A DNA stretch of 57,109 nucleotides from Nitrospirae bacterium RIFCSPLOWO2_02_FULL_62_14 (lineage in GTDB: Bacteria > Nitrospirota > Nitrospiria > Nitrospirales > Nitrospiraceae), in NCBI GenBank assembly GCA_001805245.1, contig MHEU01000067.1, positions 1-57,109 of the forward strand. The letters are read 5' to 3'. This document shows, one piece after another, positions 1 through 7,466 of the stretch (positions within the stretch are counted from its first letter, which is position 1; each line of letters opens with the position of its first letter). The position numbers were made by a program, and so were the translations under genes. Below the pieces are notes generated by a model, which was not told the DNA's origin, did not search any database, and was given only the letters and a program-made list of their open reading frames with translations.

Positions 1-42
1 AATCTTTCGTTCAATCTGTTCGGCGGGAATTAGTGTGCTCAT
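1..42 (-). CDS. first 14 codons (MSTLIPAEQIERKI) of a gene that continues past the left edge; product unknown
   Basis: ATG at 42..40 with GAGG a few nt upstream. Too short to classify. Confidence 0.3.
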   Translation of the reverse strand, partial: MSTLIPAEQIERKI

Positions 43-51
43 CGTGCCTCT

Positions 52-76
52 TTGACCTCGCACTGTGCGAGGTCAA
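52..76. promoter_or_regulatory. perfect 12+1+12 palindrome in the 5' flank of the truncated gene (candidate operator or hairpin)
   Basis: ttgacctcgcac t gtgcgaggtcaa, read directly. Confidence 0.35.
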
Positions 77-240
77 TCCTTTCAAGAAACAAGCTGAATA
101 GATATTCGGAGACCTAATCGAAATGGGCACAGTGTAACAAATTTGCCGGCCGGACGCTTATGGGGATGGCTGATGCGTGGAAAGTGGCAGGAACATTTTT
201 CGCCGGCCGAGCCCGCAGGGCGGAGGGTCAGCTCCTGGGA

Positions 241-380
241 TCGGTTTGTCTGGTTTGTTTGGTTTTTCTCGTTTGTTTGGTTTGTCAGGCGAACCCAACG
301 GACCAAACCGGCTAAACAGGCATAACAGACCGAACAGACGAAAAGAGGGTTCTTCTGGTTTATCTGGTTTGCCCGGTTGG
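241..380 (+). repeat. family-A dyad repeat, copy A1
   Basis: G/T arm of 9-nt words (gtctggttt gtttggttt ...). Centre is tttgtcaggcgaac. A/C arm is gaccaaacc ggctaaaca ggcataaca gaccgaaca. Confidence 0.85.
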
Positions 381-400
381 CCCGCGCAAGCGAGGTATGA

Positions 401-700
401 TCAACCGCTCGCGGTCTTTACTTCGAGGTGAAGCTCTTTGGGAGGGGTACGGGGTTCCCGTGGAGGGGGTCCGCCCCAGATGAGCACGTCGGGGCACAGA
501 TCGGCACCGTTCGGCCAGACCACCGACCCTTCCTCCGCCCGTGCTTCGCGAAAGCGGGCGGGGTCCCGACGAATTGGTTCAAAGATGGGACCGATCAGCA
601 GATCGGCGATGTCCCGCTCAACCACAGACCCGTCCGTCAAAGTCAGACGCAGCCGGAACCCTTCGAGCGGAACCACCTGTTTGATACGCAGCAGTGACAT
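401..700 (-). CDS. DUF2442-like small protein
   Basis: MSLLRIKQVVPLEGFRLRLTLTDGSVVERDI... fits the small protein usually paired with DUF4160. The internal ATG at 700 is preferred over the long ORF start. Confidence 0.65.
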   Translation of the reverse strand: MSLLRIKQVVPLEGFRLRLTLTDGSVVERDIADLLIGPIFEPIRRDPARFREARAEEGSVVWPNGADLCPDVLIWGGPPPREPRTPPKELHLEVKTASG

Positions 701-713
701 CGATGGACTCACT

Positions 714-974
714 TTACTCCAATGGGGCGATCGGTTGCAAAGATTCTCCCTTACGTGCCAGGCTCCAGTCCTGTTGTAATTCGCCACGATGTAGTGCGGC
801 CCACTCGAGGACGAGCCCGCGCGCGCGTTGAGGTAGATCGCCCTGATAAATTTTCAGGGTTTCGATGTTGATCAACGCCTCAAACTCCCCATAGGCCGCG
901 TGAAAATGCGGGGGATAGTGATCGTTCACATACATCCGAATCACGATTCCGAAGAACCGACTGATTTCCGGCAT
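714..974 (-). CDS. DUF4160-like small protein
   Basis: MPEISRFFGIVIRMYVNDHYPPHFHAAYGEFEA carries the PPHFH motif typical of DUF4160. ATG verified at 974. 13-nt gap to the DUF2442-like gene. Confidence 0.7.
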   Translation of the reverse strand: MPEISRFFGIVIRMYVNDHYPPHFHAAYGEFEALINIETLKIYQGDLPQRARGLVLEWAALHRGELQQDWSLARKGESLQPIAPLE

Positions 975-1025
975 GGGCCGGAGTCTAGTGGAATGTGATT
1001 CGGAATGCAAAGCAGATGAGTGGCG

Positions 1026-1136
1026 GGCGCGGGACGCGCGGGAGGGTTCATCTGGTTTCTCTGGTTTGTTTGGTTTGTCTGGTTTGTTTTGTTGGACGGA
1101 ACAGACTAGACAGACGGAACGGACAGAACAGTCGGA
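1026..1136 (+). repeat. family-A dyad repeat, copy A2
   Basis: 1051-1086 reads tctggtttc tctggtttg tttggtttg tctggtttg, followed by gaacagact agacagacg gaacggaca gaacagtcg. Prefix gcgggacgcgcgggaggg is shared with A8. Confidence 0.85.
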
Positions 1137-1190
1137 GAAAGAAAAAGGTGTCAGGAACCATTCAGAATCGTGGGAACGGTTCCTGACACC
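1131..1190 (-). terminator. hairpin (13-bp stem ggtgtcaggaacc/ggttcctgacacc) followed by a T-run on the minus strand
   Basis: Stem read directly. The minus strand continues tttttctttc. Lies downstream of the 1337..1741 gene. A related hairpin sits at 4021..4064. Confidence 0.55.
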
Positions 1191-1261
1191 CTCATACACT
1201 GACGTGCTGACATGACGACGTTCGGACGTTCCGACGCCGGGCACGTCGAGGACTATTTCAC

Positions 1262-1345
1262 CCGCCTTTGCTAAAGCTTCCAGCCTTCGTAGCCGAGCTA
1301 CTTCGGCGGAGTAGGCTCCGGCGGGTTTCGGCGAAGCTACCTCAT
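1262..1345 (-). repeat. family-H (GAAGC/GCTTC word) element directly after a stop codon
   Basis: Contains tcggcggagtaggctc, identical to a 16-mer in the element at 20590..20781. Abuts the stop codon at 1337. Confidence 0.6.
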
Positions 1346-1741
1346 GACGTGGCCGACCGCGTACAGGAGGATCCCCGCGAGAAAGAGGACCTGTTGGGGC
1401 CAGCAGACCGCCTTCAGCGGGAGCGAGTGCTCGCGCCCCCCCAGCACAAACGTCCGGAACTGTCCTTTTACATCGTAGATCGATTCTGTCGTGCCGGTCA
1501 GTGTCTCCGCCACCAGGGGGAGGAGCCCCATCGTAAACAGCCCGAAGACCGTCGACAGTCCCATGCACAGCACAACCGCATTTTTCAGGCTTTCGTGCAC
1601 CGCGTCGGGATGTTCCACCACCCACCCGAGCGCGACCACGCTGATCACGATCAGGTAGTTATTTGAGTTATTGAAATATTCCACCGCCTTGAGCAAGTGA
1701 TCGATGTGTTCCTTGTGCGTCTTGTGCTCGTGGTTGCTCAT
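1337..1741 (-). CDS. hypothetical membrane protein
   Basis: 134-aa ORF with several hydrophobic segments (YLIVISVVALGWVV, VVLCMGLSTVFGLFTMGLLPLV, VLFLAGILLYAV). No family recognised. Confidence 0.5.
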   Translation of the reverse strand: MSNHEHKTHKEHIDHLLKAVEYFNNSNNYLIVISVVALGWVVEHPDAVHESLKNAVVLCMGLSTVFGLFTMGLLPLVAETLTGTTESIYDVKGQFRTFVLGGREHSLPLKAVCWPQQVLFLAGILLYAVGHVMR

Positions 1742-1839
1742 GCCGGACCCCCTTTGGTGAAGGTGGTAAAGAGCTGTCCCGAACTTCCGCCGCGCAGTCT
1801 AGCGACTTTCCACAATAAAAGCGAATGCCGGCAGCCAGG

Positions 1840-2028
1840 AATGTCTATCTGGTCTATTCGGTCTATCTGGTCTGTCTGGTTTTTTGGTTTATCTGGTTGG
1901 TCGGGTTTGTTTGGTCTATCTGGTCGGATCAACAGAGCAACGGACCCAACGGACTAAACCGACCAAACAGGCGGAACGGGCTAAACAGGCATAACAGACC
2001 GAACAGACAAGACAGACTAGAAAGACCC
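1840..2028 (+). repeat. family-A dyad repeat, long copy A3
   Basis: Starts aatgtctatctgg and has centre ggtcggatcaacagagcaacgg. Near-identical over long stretches to A5. Confidence 0.9.
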
Positions 2029-2140
2029 GTCGGATCGAGGGACGACAGTCACTGTCCTGCTTACTTTGCCAGAAAAATCACCCCGCCGCCCACTCCGACG
2101 TGCATGGTCTATTGCATATGCACATATTGGCGCGACTGGC

Positions 2141-2247
2141 GGGATGGTTTGTTTGGTTGGTTTGGGACGGACCGAACTGGCCTAACAGGCCCAACTGGCT
2201 TAACGGGCTGAACAGACAAGACAGACTGGATAGACAAGGCAGACCGT
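2141..2247 (+). repeat. family-A dyad repeat, copy A4
   Basis: ggtttgtttggttggtttggg ... cctaacaggcccaactggcttaacgggctgaacagacaagacagac. Confidence 0.8.
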
Positions 2248-2261
2248 TTAATCGTGGGTGG

Positions 2262-2816
2262 TTACCCGTTCTCGTCGGCAGCGAACAGGGCTTTATATTC
2301 CTCCGCCACGCCCAACTCTTCGGCCTTGGCCGCCAGGTCTTTGAGTTCGGACTGGTTGGGCCGGCGCACGGCGACGATGTTCCGGGCATCTTGCAGATCG
2401 ACCGGTCCTCCCGCATAGAGCTTCAAAAGCACCAGCGCGGGCCAATCCACCACCGGAAGCCGGCGTTCCAGCACCGGGATCTTCTTGATCTGTCCGAACA
2501 CCAGATCGGCCCATCGGGATTGCAGGAGAATCAGTTGGACGGGCACCGTGCGCTTGCCGACGGACAGTTTCAGCCGAAACACACCGCACAGCGGATCATC
2601 CGGATCGCCCGGCTGAAAACCGGCCTTGAGATGCGCGGCAAGACGGGCCGGGTCAGCCGTGCCGAGCGCCACCGCCAGATCGATGTCCTGCGTGGCGCGT
2701 GCCACCCCCCAGGCCGAGACGGCAAACCCTCCGACCAGGGCGTAGGACTGCACCAGTTTTTTCTTGCGCGCCTCGTCGAGGCGCCGGACGATGTCGATTA
2801 ACGCTTGCCGGAACAC
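2262..2816 (-). CDS. minimal nucleotidyltransferase-fold protein (toxin-antitoxin-type NTase)
   Basis: GGFAVSAWGVARATQDIDLAV fits the G[GS]-x(9-13)-DxD NTase signature. 184-aa ORF. Confidence 0.6.
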   Translation of the reverse strand: MFRQALIDIVRRLDEARKKKLVQSYALVGGFAVSAWGVARATQDIDLAVALGTADPARLAAHLKAGFQPGDPDDPLCGVFRLKLSVGKRTVPVQLILLQSRWADLVFGQIKKIPVLERRLPVVDWPALVLLKLYAGGPVDLQDARNIVAVRRPNQSELKDLAAKAEELGVAEEYKALFAADENG

Positions 2817-2983
2817 GCGAGCTTGAGTTCGAGGCAGGTGTCGGACAGCTCGAGGGACAGCCGTAGCCGCTGCTCCGGCGTCATCCGCCGAGCCTCCTCA
2901 ATCTTTCGGCTGGTGAGCCGCCCGCTCAACCGGCTGGGCCGCCGACGGAGCGCGCGGGCTTGAGCTGTCGTATGACGATTCAT
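2798..2983 (-). CDS. small Arg-rich partner protein overlapping the NTase gene start
   Basis: ATG verified at 2983. 61 aa (MNRHTTAQARALRRRPSRLSGRL...). 19-nt overlap with the downstream NTase gene. Confidence 0.4.
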   Translation of the reverse strand: MNRHTTAQARALRRRPSRLSGRLTSRKIEEARRMTPEQRLRLSLELSDTCLELKLACSGKR

Positions 2984-3072
2984 GGGCGCATTATACACAG
3001 ATTCAGGCAAAGAAAAAGGTGTCGAGTCTCTTTCCCCTGCTCGAACCCGCAGGGCGGAGGGGCAGCCCGAAA

Positions 3073-3253
3073 AATGTCTATCTGGTTGATCTGGTTCGTC
3101 TGGTTTGTCTAGTTTTTTTGATTTATCTGGTTGGTCGAGTTTGTTTGGTCTATCTGGTCGGATCAACAGAGCAACGGACCCAACGGACGTAACGGACCAA
3201 ACCGGCTAAACAGGCATAATAGACCGAACAGACAAGACAGACTAGAAAGACCC
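3073..3253 (+). repeat. family-A dyad repeat, long copy A5
   Basis: Same start word, centre and end (gacaagacagactagaaagaccc) as A3. Confidence 0.9.
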
Positions 3254-3300
3254 GCAGATCGACGAGCCAGAGACTGGGAGCAGTTATCGAGAGCGACGTG

Positions 3301-3630
3301 TCAACGGACCGCGTGGGCTGTCTCGAGGGCGGCCAGGTACCGGTTCAACCGCTGGATCTCCTCGCTCTGCATGTGCAGGAAGGTGACGCTGAAGTCCCAC
3401 TCCATGGTCCAGCGGACGGCAGCCAACCGGACCTCCACCGGCGCAGGGGAACCCGGGAGATAGAGGCGGAGGGACAGGTAGGTTCCCAGATCCACTCGTG
3501 TGTTGCTGGTCACCTTGCAGCCTTCAATCGAGAGGTTGTACACGACCCCGCGGGCTTCTCCCGAATACCCGTCTCGCGCGAAGGCCACCGGGAGGTGTGC
3601 TCGAAAGCGCTTGGAATCCAGCTGCTCCAT
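3301..3630 (-). CDS. PilZ-domain protein 1
   Basis: KRFRAHLPVAF... GVVYNLSIEGCKV fits the RxxxR ... (D/N)xSxxG pattern of PilZ. Confidence 0.7.
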   Translation of the reverse strand: MEQLDSKRFRAHLPVAFARDGYSGEARGVVYNLSIEGCKVTSNTRVDLGTYLSLRLYLPGSPAPVEVRLAAVRWTMEWDFSVTFLHMQSEEIQRLNRYLAALETAHAVR

Positions 3631-3657
3631 GTGGATCCTGGTGCCCCGCGGGCTACC

Positions 3658-3990
3658 TCAGGCGGCTTCGGTGCCCTGGGTGTTTTGCTGCAGCCCGTCG
3701 ATCAGTTGGCCGAGGCGCACTTCGTCGCGGGTTCCGAGGCTGAGGAACTCCACGCCGAAGTCCTCCCCTGCCGTCCAGGTGACCTCGGCCTGGTCCACCG
3801 CGATCGGCTGGGGGAGATGCGGCAGGTTCAGACGCAGGGTCAGCACCGTCCCTCGCGCTACCGGCGTCCCGCTTTCAATGGCGCCACCGCTCATTGACAG
3901 GTTGAAGAGCCTCCCTTCGCCAACCCCCTGGTTCCCCAGGAACACAACGGGGTACTGTACGAACAGCCGCCGCTCTCTCTGCACTTCCAT
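3658..3990 (-). CDS. PilZ-domain protein 2
   Basis: MEVQRERRLFVQYPV... GRLFNLSMSGGAIES. ATG verified at 3990. Paralog of protein 3. Confidence 0.7.
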   Translation of the reverse strand: MEVQRERRLFVQYPVVFLGNQGVGEGRLFNLSMSGGAIESGTPVARGTVLTLRLNLPHLPQPIAVDQAEVTWTAGEDFGVEFLSLGTRDEVRLGQLIDGLQQNTQGTEAA

Positions 3991-4020
3991 CGGTACATCC
4001 TCCTGGCTGTGAAACTCAGG

Positions 4021-4064
4021 TGCCGGGAACCATTTCAGAACCGTGGGAACGGTTCCCGATACCC
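4021..4064. repeat. GGAACC-word hairpin related to 1147..1190
   Basis: gggaaccatttcagaaccgtgggaacggttccc compared with ggaaccattcagaatcgtgggaacggttcc. Confidence 0.6.
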
Positions 4065-4076
4065 TGGATTGCGAAA

Positions 4077-4424
4077 TTAGCTTGGTCTGGCCTGGTGTGA
4101 TCGACGCTGCTGGATGCTTTGCAGCAGGGTCTCGATCAGCCGGTTCAGGCGTTCCCGTTCCTGTGGACCCAACTGGAGAAATTGCACCCCAAAATCGTCC
4201 CCGCACGTCCAAGTGACCTCGGCCTTGTCCACTTCAATCGGCTGATCCTGGGACGGAATATGTACACGCAGGGTCAGGATCGTTCCACTTTGTACAGGGA
4301 CCTGGCTCTCAACGGCCCCGCCGCAGGTCGAAAGATTGAAGAGCGTTCCCCTGCTAACCCCTTGATTTCCTTCGATAGAAACAGGGCACTGTACGAATAA
4401 CCGTCTTTCGCGTCGTACTTCCAT
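4077..4424 (-). CDS. PilZ-domain protein 3
   Basis: MEVRRERRLFVQCPV... GTLFNLSTCGGAVES. Confidence 0.7.
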   Translation of the reverse strand: MEVRRERRLFVQCPVSIEGNQGVSRGTLFNLSTCGGAVESQVPVQSGTILTLRVHIPSQDQPIEVDKAEVTWTCGDDFGVQFLQLGPQERERLNRLIETLLQSIQQRRSHQARPS

Positions 4425-4578
4425 TCCCCCTCACCTCCAAGCTGATAGACACCCAAAATAAGAGAGCTATTTCAGCTATGAGCAAGGGCAATGCCAAACT
4501 GTGAATAGATTGTGGGCAGGCTGAGGTTTGAACCTACCGACTAGCGCTGAGAGGCTGAGGAGCGCGGAACGATGAAAG

Positions 4579-4641
4579 AAATGTCTATCTAGTCTGTCTG
4601 GTCTATCTGGTTAGATCTTGAGACAGGACAGACTGAATAGA
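4579..4641 (+). repeat. family-A short copy A6 (composite with B1)
   Basis: aatgtctatctagtctgtctggtctatctgg ... acaggacagactgaatagac. Confidence 0.75.
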
Positions 4642-4676
4642 CGTGATGACTTGACGACTTTTCGACTTTACGACGC
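4642..4676. repeat. family-B half element B1
   Basis: gtgatgacttgacgacttttcgactttacgacg, i.e. GACTT words only. Confidence 0.7.
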
Positions 4677-4685
4677 GTGGCGCCG

Positions 4686-5375
4686 TTATTTCACTTTTGA
4701 GAAGTCCGCGTTGAACTCGATCTGCTTGCCGTCCATGAAAAAGACGACGACCTTGGTCTTGGCGTTGGGGTCGAAGCTGTCGTAGGCGAACCGGGCGGTG
4801 AAGCGGGTGCGGTAGGCCGAGGCCTTGTCCGGCAATTCGATCTTGCGGCCGCGCTCGGCGGGGCTGACGTCCACCGGCTTGATGGTCTTGGAACCCTGCT
4901 GGAAGGCCACCTGCACGCCCTCGGCGAAATATTCATCGTCGCCGCAGAGCTGCACTTCGACTTCCAGGTTGGGCATGCCGAGGTACTTCTGGATCTTGTC
5001 GTCCGGCATGCGGACGTCGGTCTTCTGCTTCCTGGACTCCGTGGCCTCCTTGCGGCCGAAGGATTCCAGCCAGTACCGCTTGGTGCGGAGAATGGCGCTG
5101 GTGCCGCAGGGCTCTTTTTCGGGATCGGCGCCGACCCGCGTGATCATGGAGGCGTGCTGCAGGACTTTCTTGATCTCTTCGTCCGGCTTGGCGGCGTCCG
5201 AGGCCTTCATCATCGGATCGCGTCCGGCGGCGAGGGATTTCTTGGCTTCGTCCATCGTGAGCTTCACGTCAATGGCCCCTGCCGGGTCGGCGGCGCAGGC
5301 CACGGCCGCCACGACAGCGAACATTCCCAACCGGACCCGCAGGGCAGGCTGACTCATCACATGCCGCGCGCTCAT
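4686..5375 (-). CDS. secreted hypothetical protein
   Basis: Start MSARHV at 5375 with a GGGGGA RBS. Signal-like LGMFAVVAAVACAADPAGA. No family recognised. Confidence 0.55.
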   Translation of the reverse strand: MSARHVMSQPALRVRLGMFAVVAAVACAADPAGAIDVKLTMDEAKKSLAAGRDPMMKASDAAKPDEEIKKVLQHASMITRVGADPEKEPCGTSAILRTKRYWLESFGRKEATESRKQKTDVRMPDDKIQKYLGMPNLEVEVQLCGDDEYFAEGVQVAFQQGSKTIKPVDVSPAERGRKIELPDKASAYRTRFTARFAYDSFDPNAKTKVVVFFMDGKQIEFNADFSKVK

Positions 5376-5447
5376 AGAATCCCCCTTAGAAAGGCAGACA
5401 ATAATGGGCGGCATTGTAAGGAAACAGCAGGGGCAAAGCAATGATTT

Positions 5448-5584
5448 GGGGAAGGCGATGGGCTAGAGGCACGCGGCGAGAGGTCAGATGAAGCGGGCCA
5501 TTGAGATGAAATGCTTTGACGTGGTTCTAAGACGCTTCGGAGCCTTTGGAGCCCCTCGCCTCTTGCCACTCGCCCCTAGCCTAC
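5448..5584. repeat. family-F heptamer dyad, copy F1
   Basis: Left arm is ggcgatg ggctaga ggcacgc ggcgaga. Right arm is cctcgcc tcttgcc actcgcc cctagcc. The right arm overlaps the maf stop codon. Confidence 0.75.
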
Positions 5585-6216
5585 ACGTGGAAGGCGGACC
5601 AGTTCGGATAGGGTTTCGTGCGGTAGAGGTGCTCCACGTCCACCGGGACGGAGAGGCCGTGCTTCTTGAGCAGCGAGGCGGTCAGGCGCAGCGGGAGGCC
5701 GACGGCGGCGGTATAATCACCCTCGATCCGCTCGATGAAGTCGCCGCCGCGGCCCTGGATAGAATAGGCGCCGGCCTTGCCCTCCCACTCGCCGCTCTCC
5801 AGGTACGCATTGAGGTCGGCGTCGCTGAACGGCTTCATCCAGACCTGCACGGTCTCCACGGCCACGTCCTGGAGCTTGCGCGCGGGGTCGTAGAGCGCCA
5901 CGGCGGTGTAGATGCGATGGTCGCGTCCCCGAAGCCGCCGCAACATGGCGTCGGCCTGCGCGCGATCGGCCGCCTTCCCGAGGATGAGTTCCCCCACGGC
6001 AATCAGCGTATCGCTGCCCAGCACCAGGCCGTCGTCATACGGCTGCGCGCAGGATTGCGCCTTGCCCAGCGCAAAGGTCCACGCCTGCGCCTCCGGCGGC
6101 ACCTCGGCATGGATCCATTCGTGAAACTTCGGATCAACGACCTCGAAGGGAACTTGCAGCAGGGCCAGCAGCTCTTTGCGGCGCGGAGAGGTGGATGCGA
6201 GGACGAGGGACTTCAC
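5581..6216 (-). CDS. maf: Maf-like nucleoside triphosphate pyrophosphatase
   Basis: LVLASTSPRRKELL ... GKAGAYSIQG. GTG start at 6216 overlaps the dus stop (GTGA). Confidence 0.85.
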   Translation of the reverse strand: MKSLVLASTSPRRKELLALLQVPFEVVDPKFHEWIHAEVPPEAQAWTFALGKAQSCAQPYDDGLVLGSDTLIAVGELILGKAADRAQADAMLRRLRGRDHRIYTAVALYDPARKLQDVAVETVQVWMKPFSDADLNAYLESGEWEGKAGAYSIQGRGGDFIERIEGDYTAAVGLPLRLTASLLKKHGLSVPVDVEHLYRTKPYPNWSAFHV

Positions 6217-7454
6217 GCAGTTTCGAGCGCGGGCGTGGTGCGGTGCGCGGAATCTGTCTGATGCCGGGCCTGCTGCCCGGCCTGATATTCGGAGACCAGG
6301 CGCGCGACGTCCTCGCTGCTGGAAGCCCGCACCATGGCGGCACGCATGGCGGCGGCGCTGGGGAAGCCCTTGCAGTACCAGCCCAGGTGCTTGCGCATGC
6401 GGGGGAAGCACTGCCGGTCCAACAGCGCCTCGTACTGCCGGGCATGGTCCAGCATCACGCGGAACCGTTCCTCGCGCGACGGCGATTCACGCTCGACCGC
6501 GCGCGCGGGATCGCCGACGGCGGCCCGGGCCGCTTCCTTGTGACGGAACAGCCACGGCTCGCCCAACGCCCCGCGGCCCACCAGCACGCCGTGCACGCCG
6601 TGCTCACGGACCCGGCGAACGACATCTTCAAGGCTTTGCACGTCGCCGTTGCCGAGCAGGAGCGTGCCGGTTTTTCGGGCGAGCTGCGCGGCGCGTTCGA
6701 TGGCCGACCAGTCGGCCGCGCCCCGGTACATCTGCTCCAGCGTCCGGCCATGCACGGAAATGACGACCGGCTGCTCGGCCAGGAGATGCTCGATCCAGCG
6801 TTCGACGATGATCGTGTCGTAGCCGATACGCGTTTTGACCGAGAGCGGGATCGCCCGGCGCGCAACCGGCGGGTCTGTCTGAACGGGGCGCCGCCGGTTC
6901 ATGGCCTGGATCAATTCAACGCGCGATTCCTTCAAGCCCGCGCCCGTGAGCGACTGGCCCGCCGCCCAATCGGCGATGCCCTCCCGCGTCGCCCGCATGA
7001 TCTCGTGCGCCAGGTCGGGCGTGCGAATGAGCCCGGCGCCGGAGCCGGACGAGGCCACGTTGCGCGAGGGGCAGCCCATGTTGATGTCCAACCCGTCGAA
7101 GCCCAGTTCGCAGACGACGTGCGCCGCCTGGTAGAAGATGTCCGGGTCCCTGCCGTAGAGCTGGGCCACGACCGGCCGTTCCACTTCGCTATAGATCAGC
7201 GACGAGAGGAGATGGGCGGGGCCGCGGCAGACGTCCATCACGCTGGTGAATTCGGTGAAGATGACGTCCGGCCGTCCCTGCACGGCCACCGTGAGGCGGA
7301 ACGGCGCATCGGTGACGCCGTCCATGGGCGCCAGGCCGATGATCGGGCGAGGAAGTGTATGCCAGAAAAACGCGTGATCAGTAATGAGTGATGCGTGCTC
7401 CGGTACCGGATTCTCGCCCTCCCCACAACTCATCACTCGTAACTCATCACTCAT
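6213..7454 (-). CDS. dus: tRNA-dihydrouridine synthase
   Basis: GLAPMDGVTDAPFR and DGLDINMGCP motifs. Start uncertain (7454 or 7433). The N-terminal codons lie inside repeat E. Confidence 0.85.
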   Translation of the reverse strand: MSDELRVMSCGEGENPVPEHASLITDHAFFWHTLPRPIIGLAPMDGVTDAPFRLTVAVQGRPDVIFTEFTSVMDVCRGPAHLLSSLIYSEVERPVVAQLYGRDPDIFYQAAHVVCELGFDGLDINMGCPSRNVASSGSGAGLIRTPDLAHEIMRATREGIADWAAGQSLTGAGLKESRVELIQAMNRRRPVQTDPPVARRAIPLSVKTRIGYDTIIVERWIEHLLAEQPVVISVHGRTLEQMYRGAADWSAIERAAQLARKTGTLLLGNGDVQSLEDVVRRVREHGVHGVLVGRGALGEPWLFRHKEAARAAVGDPARAVERESPSREERFRVMLDHARQYEALLDRQCFPRMRKHLGWYCKGFPSAAAMRAAMVRASSSEDVARLVSEYQAGQQARHQTDSAHRTTPALETA

Positions 7455-7466
7455 AACGCGTTACGC
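7373..7466. repeat. family-E heptamer dyad (CTCATCA words)
   Basis: Left arm is cagtaat gagtgat g. Right arm is ctcatca ctcgtaa ctcatca ctcataa cgcgtta. Spans the DUF692-gene stop and the dus start. Confidence 0.7.

Noticed and set aside
177-3463. ORFs that translate the repeats (177-431, 973-1215, 1697-1957, 1825-2211, 3131-3463, and others) as real repeat-containing proteins.
   Set aside because: Different copies are open in different frames and on different strands. They lack RBS and start context, and their composition simply mirrors the DNA words.
4518-4565. tRNA-like fragment (ggtttgaacctacc) that could mark a genomic-island att site.
   Set aside because: I could not fold a T arm, because the flanks ctgag / cctacc are not complementary. 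The stretch is better described as ggctgag-type word repeats.
241-4641. Family-A elements as integron attC sites (cassette array lacking an integrase).
   Set aside because: No consistent RYYYAAC / GTTRRRY cores at the element ends. The arms are short-period tandem words, unlike attC. The same family also sits between housekeeping genes (8931, 10270, 10641, 23378). No intI is in the window. The idea is kept only as a testable alternative in the findings.
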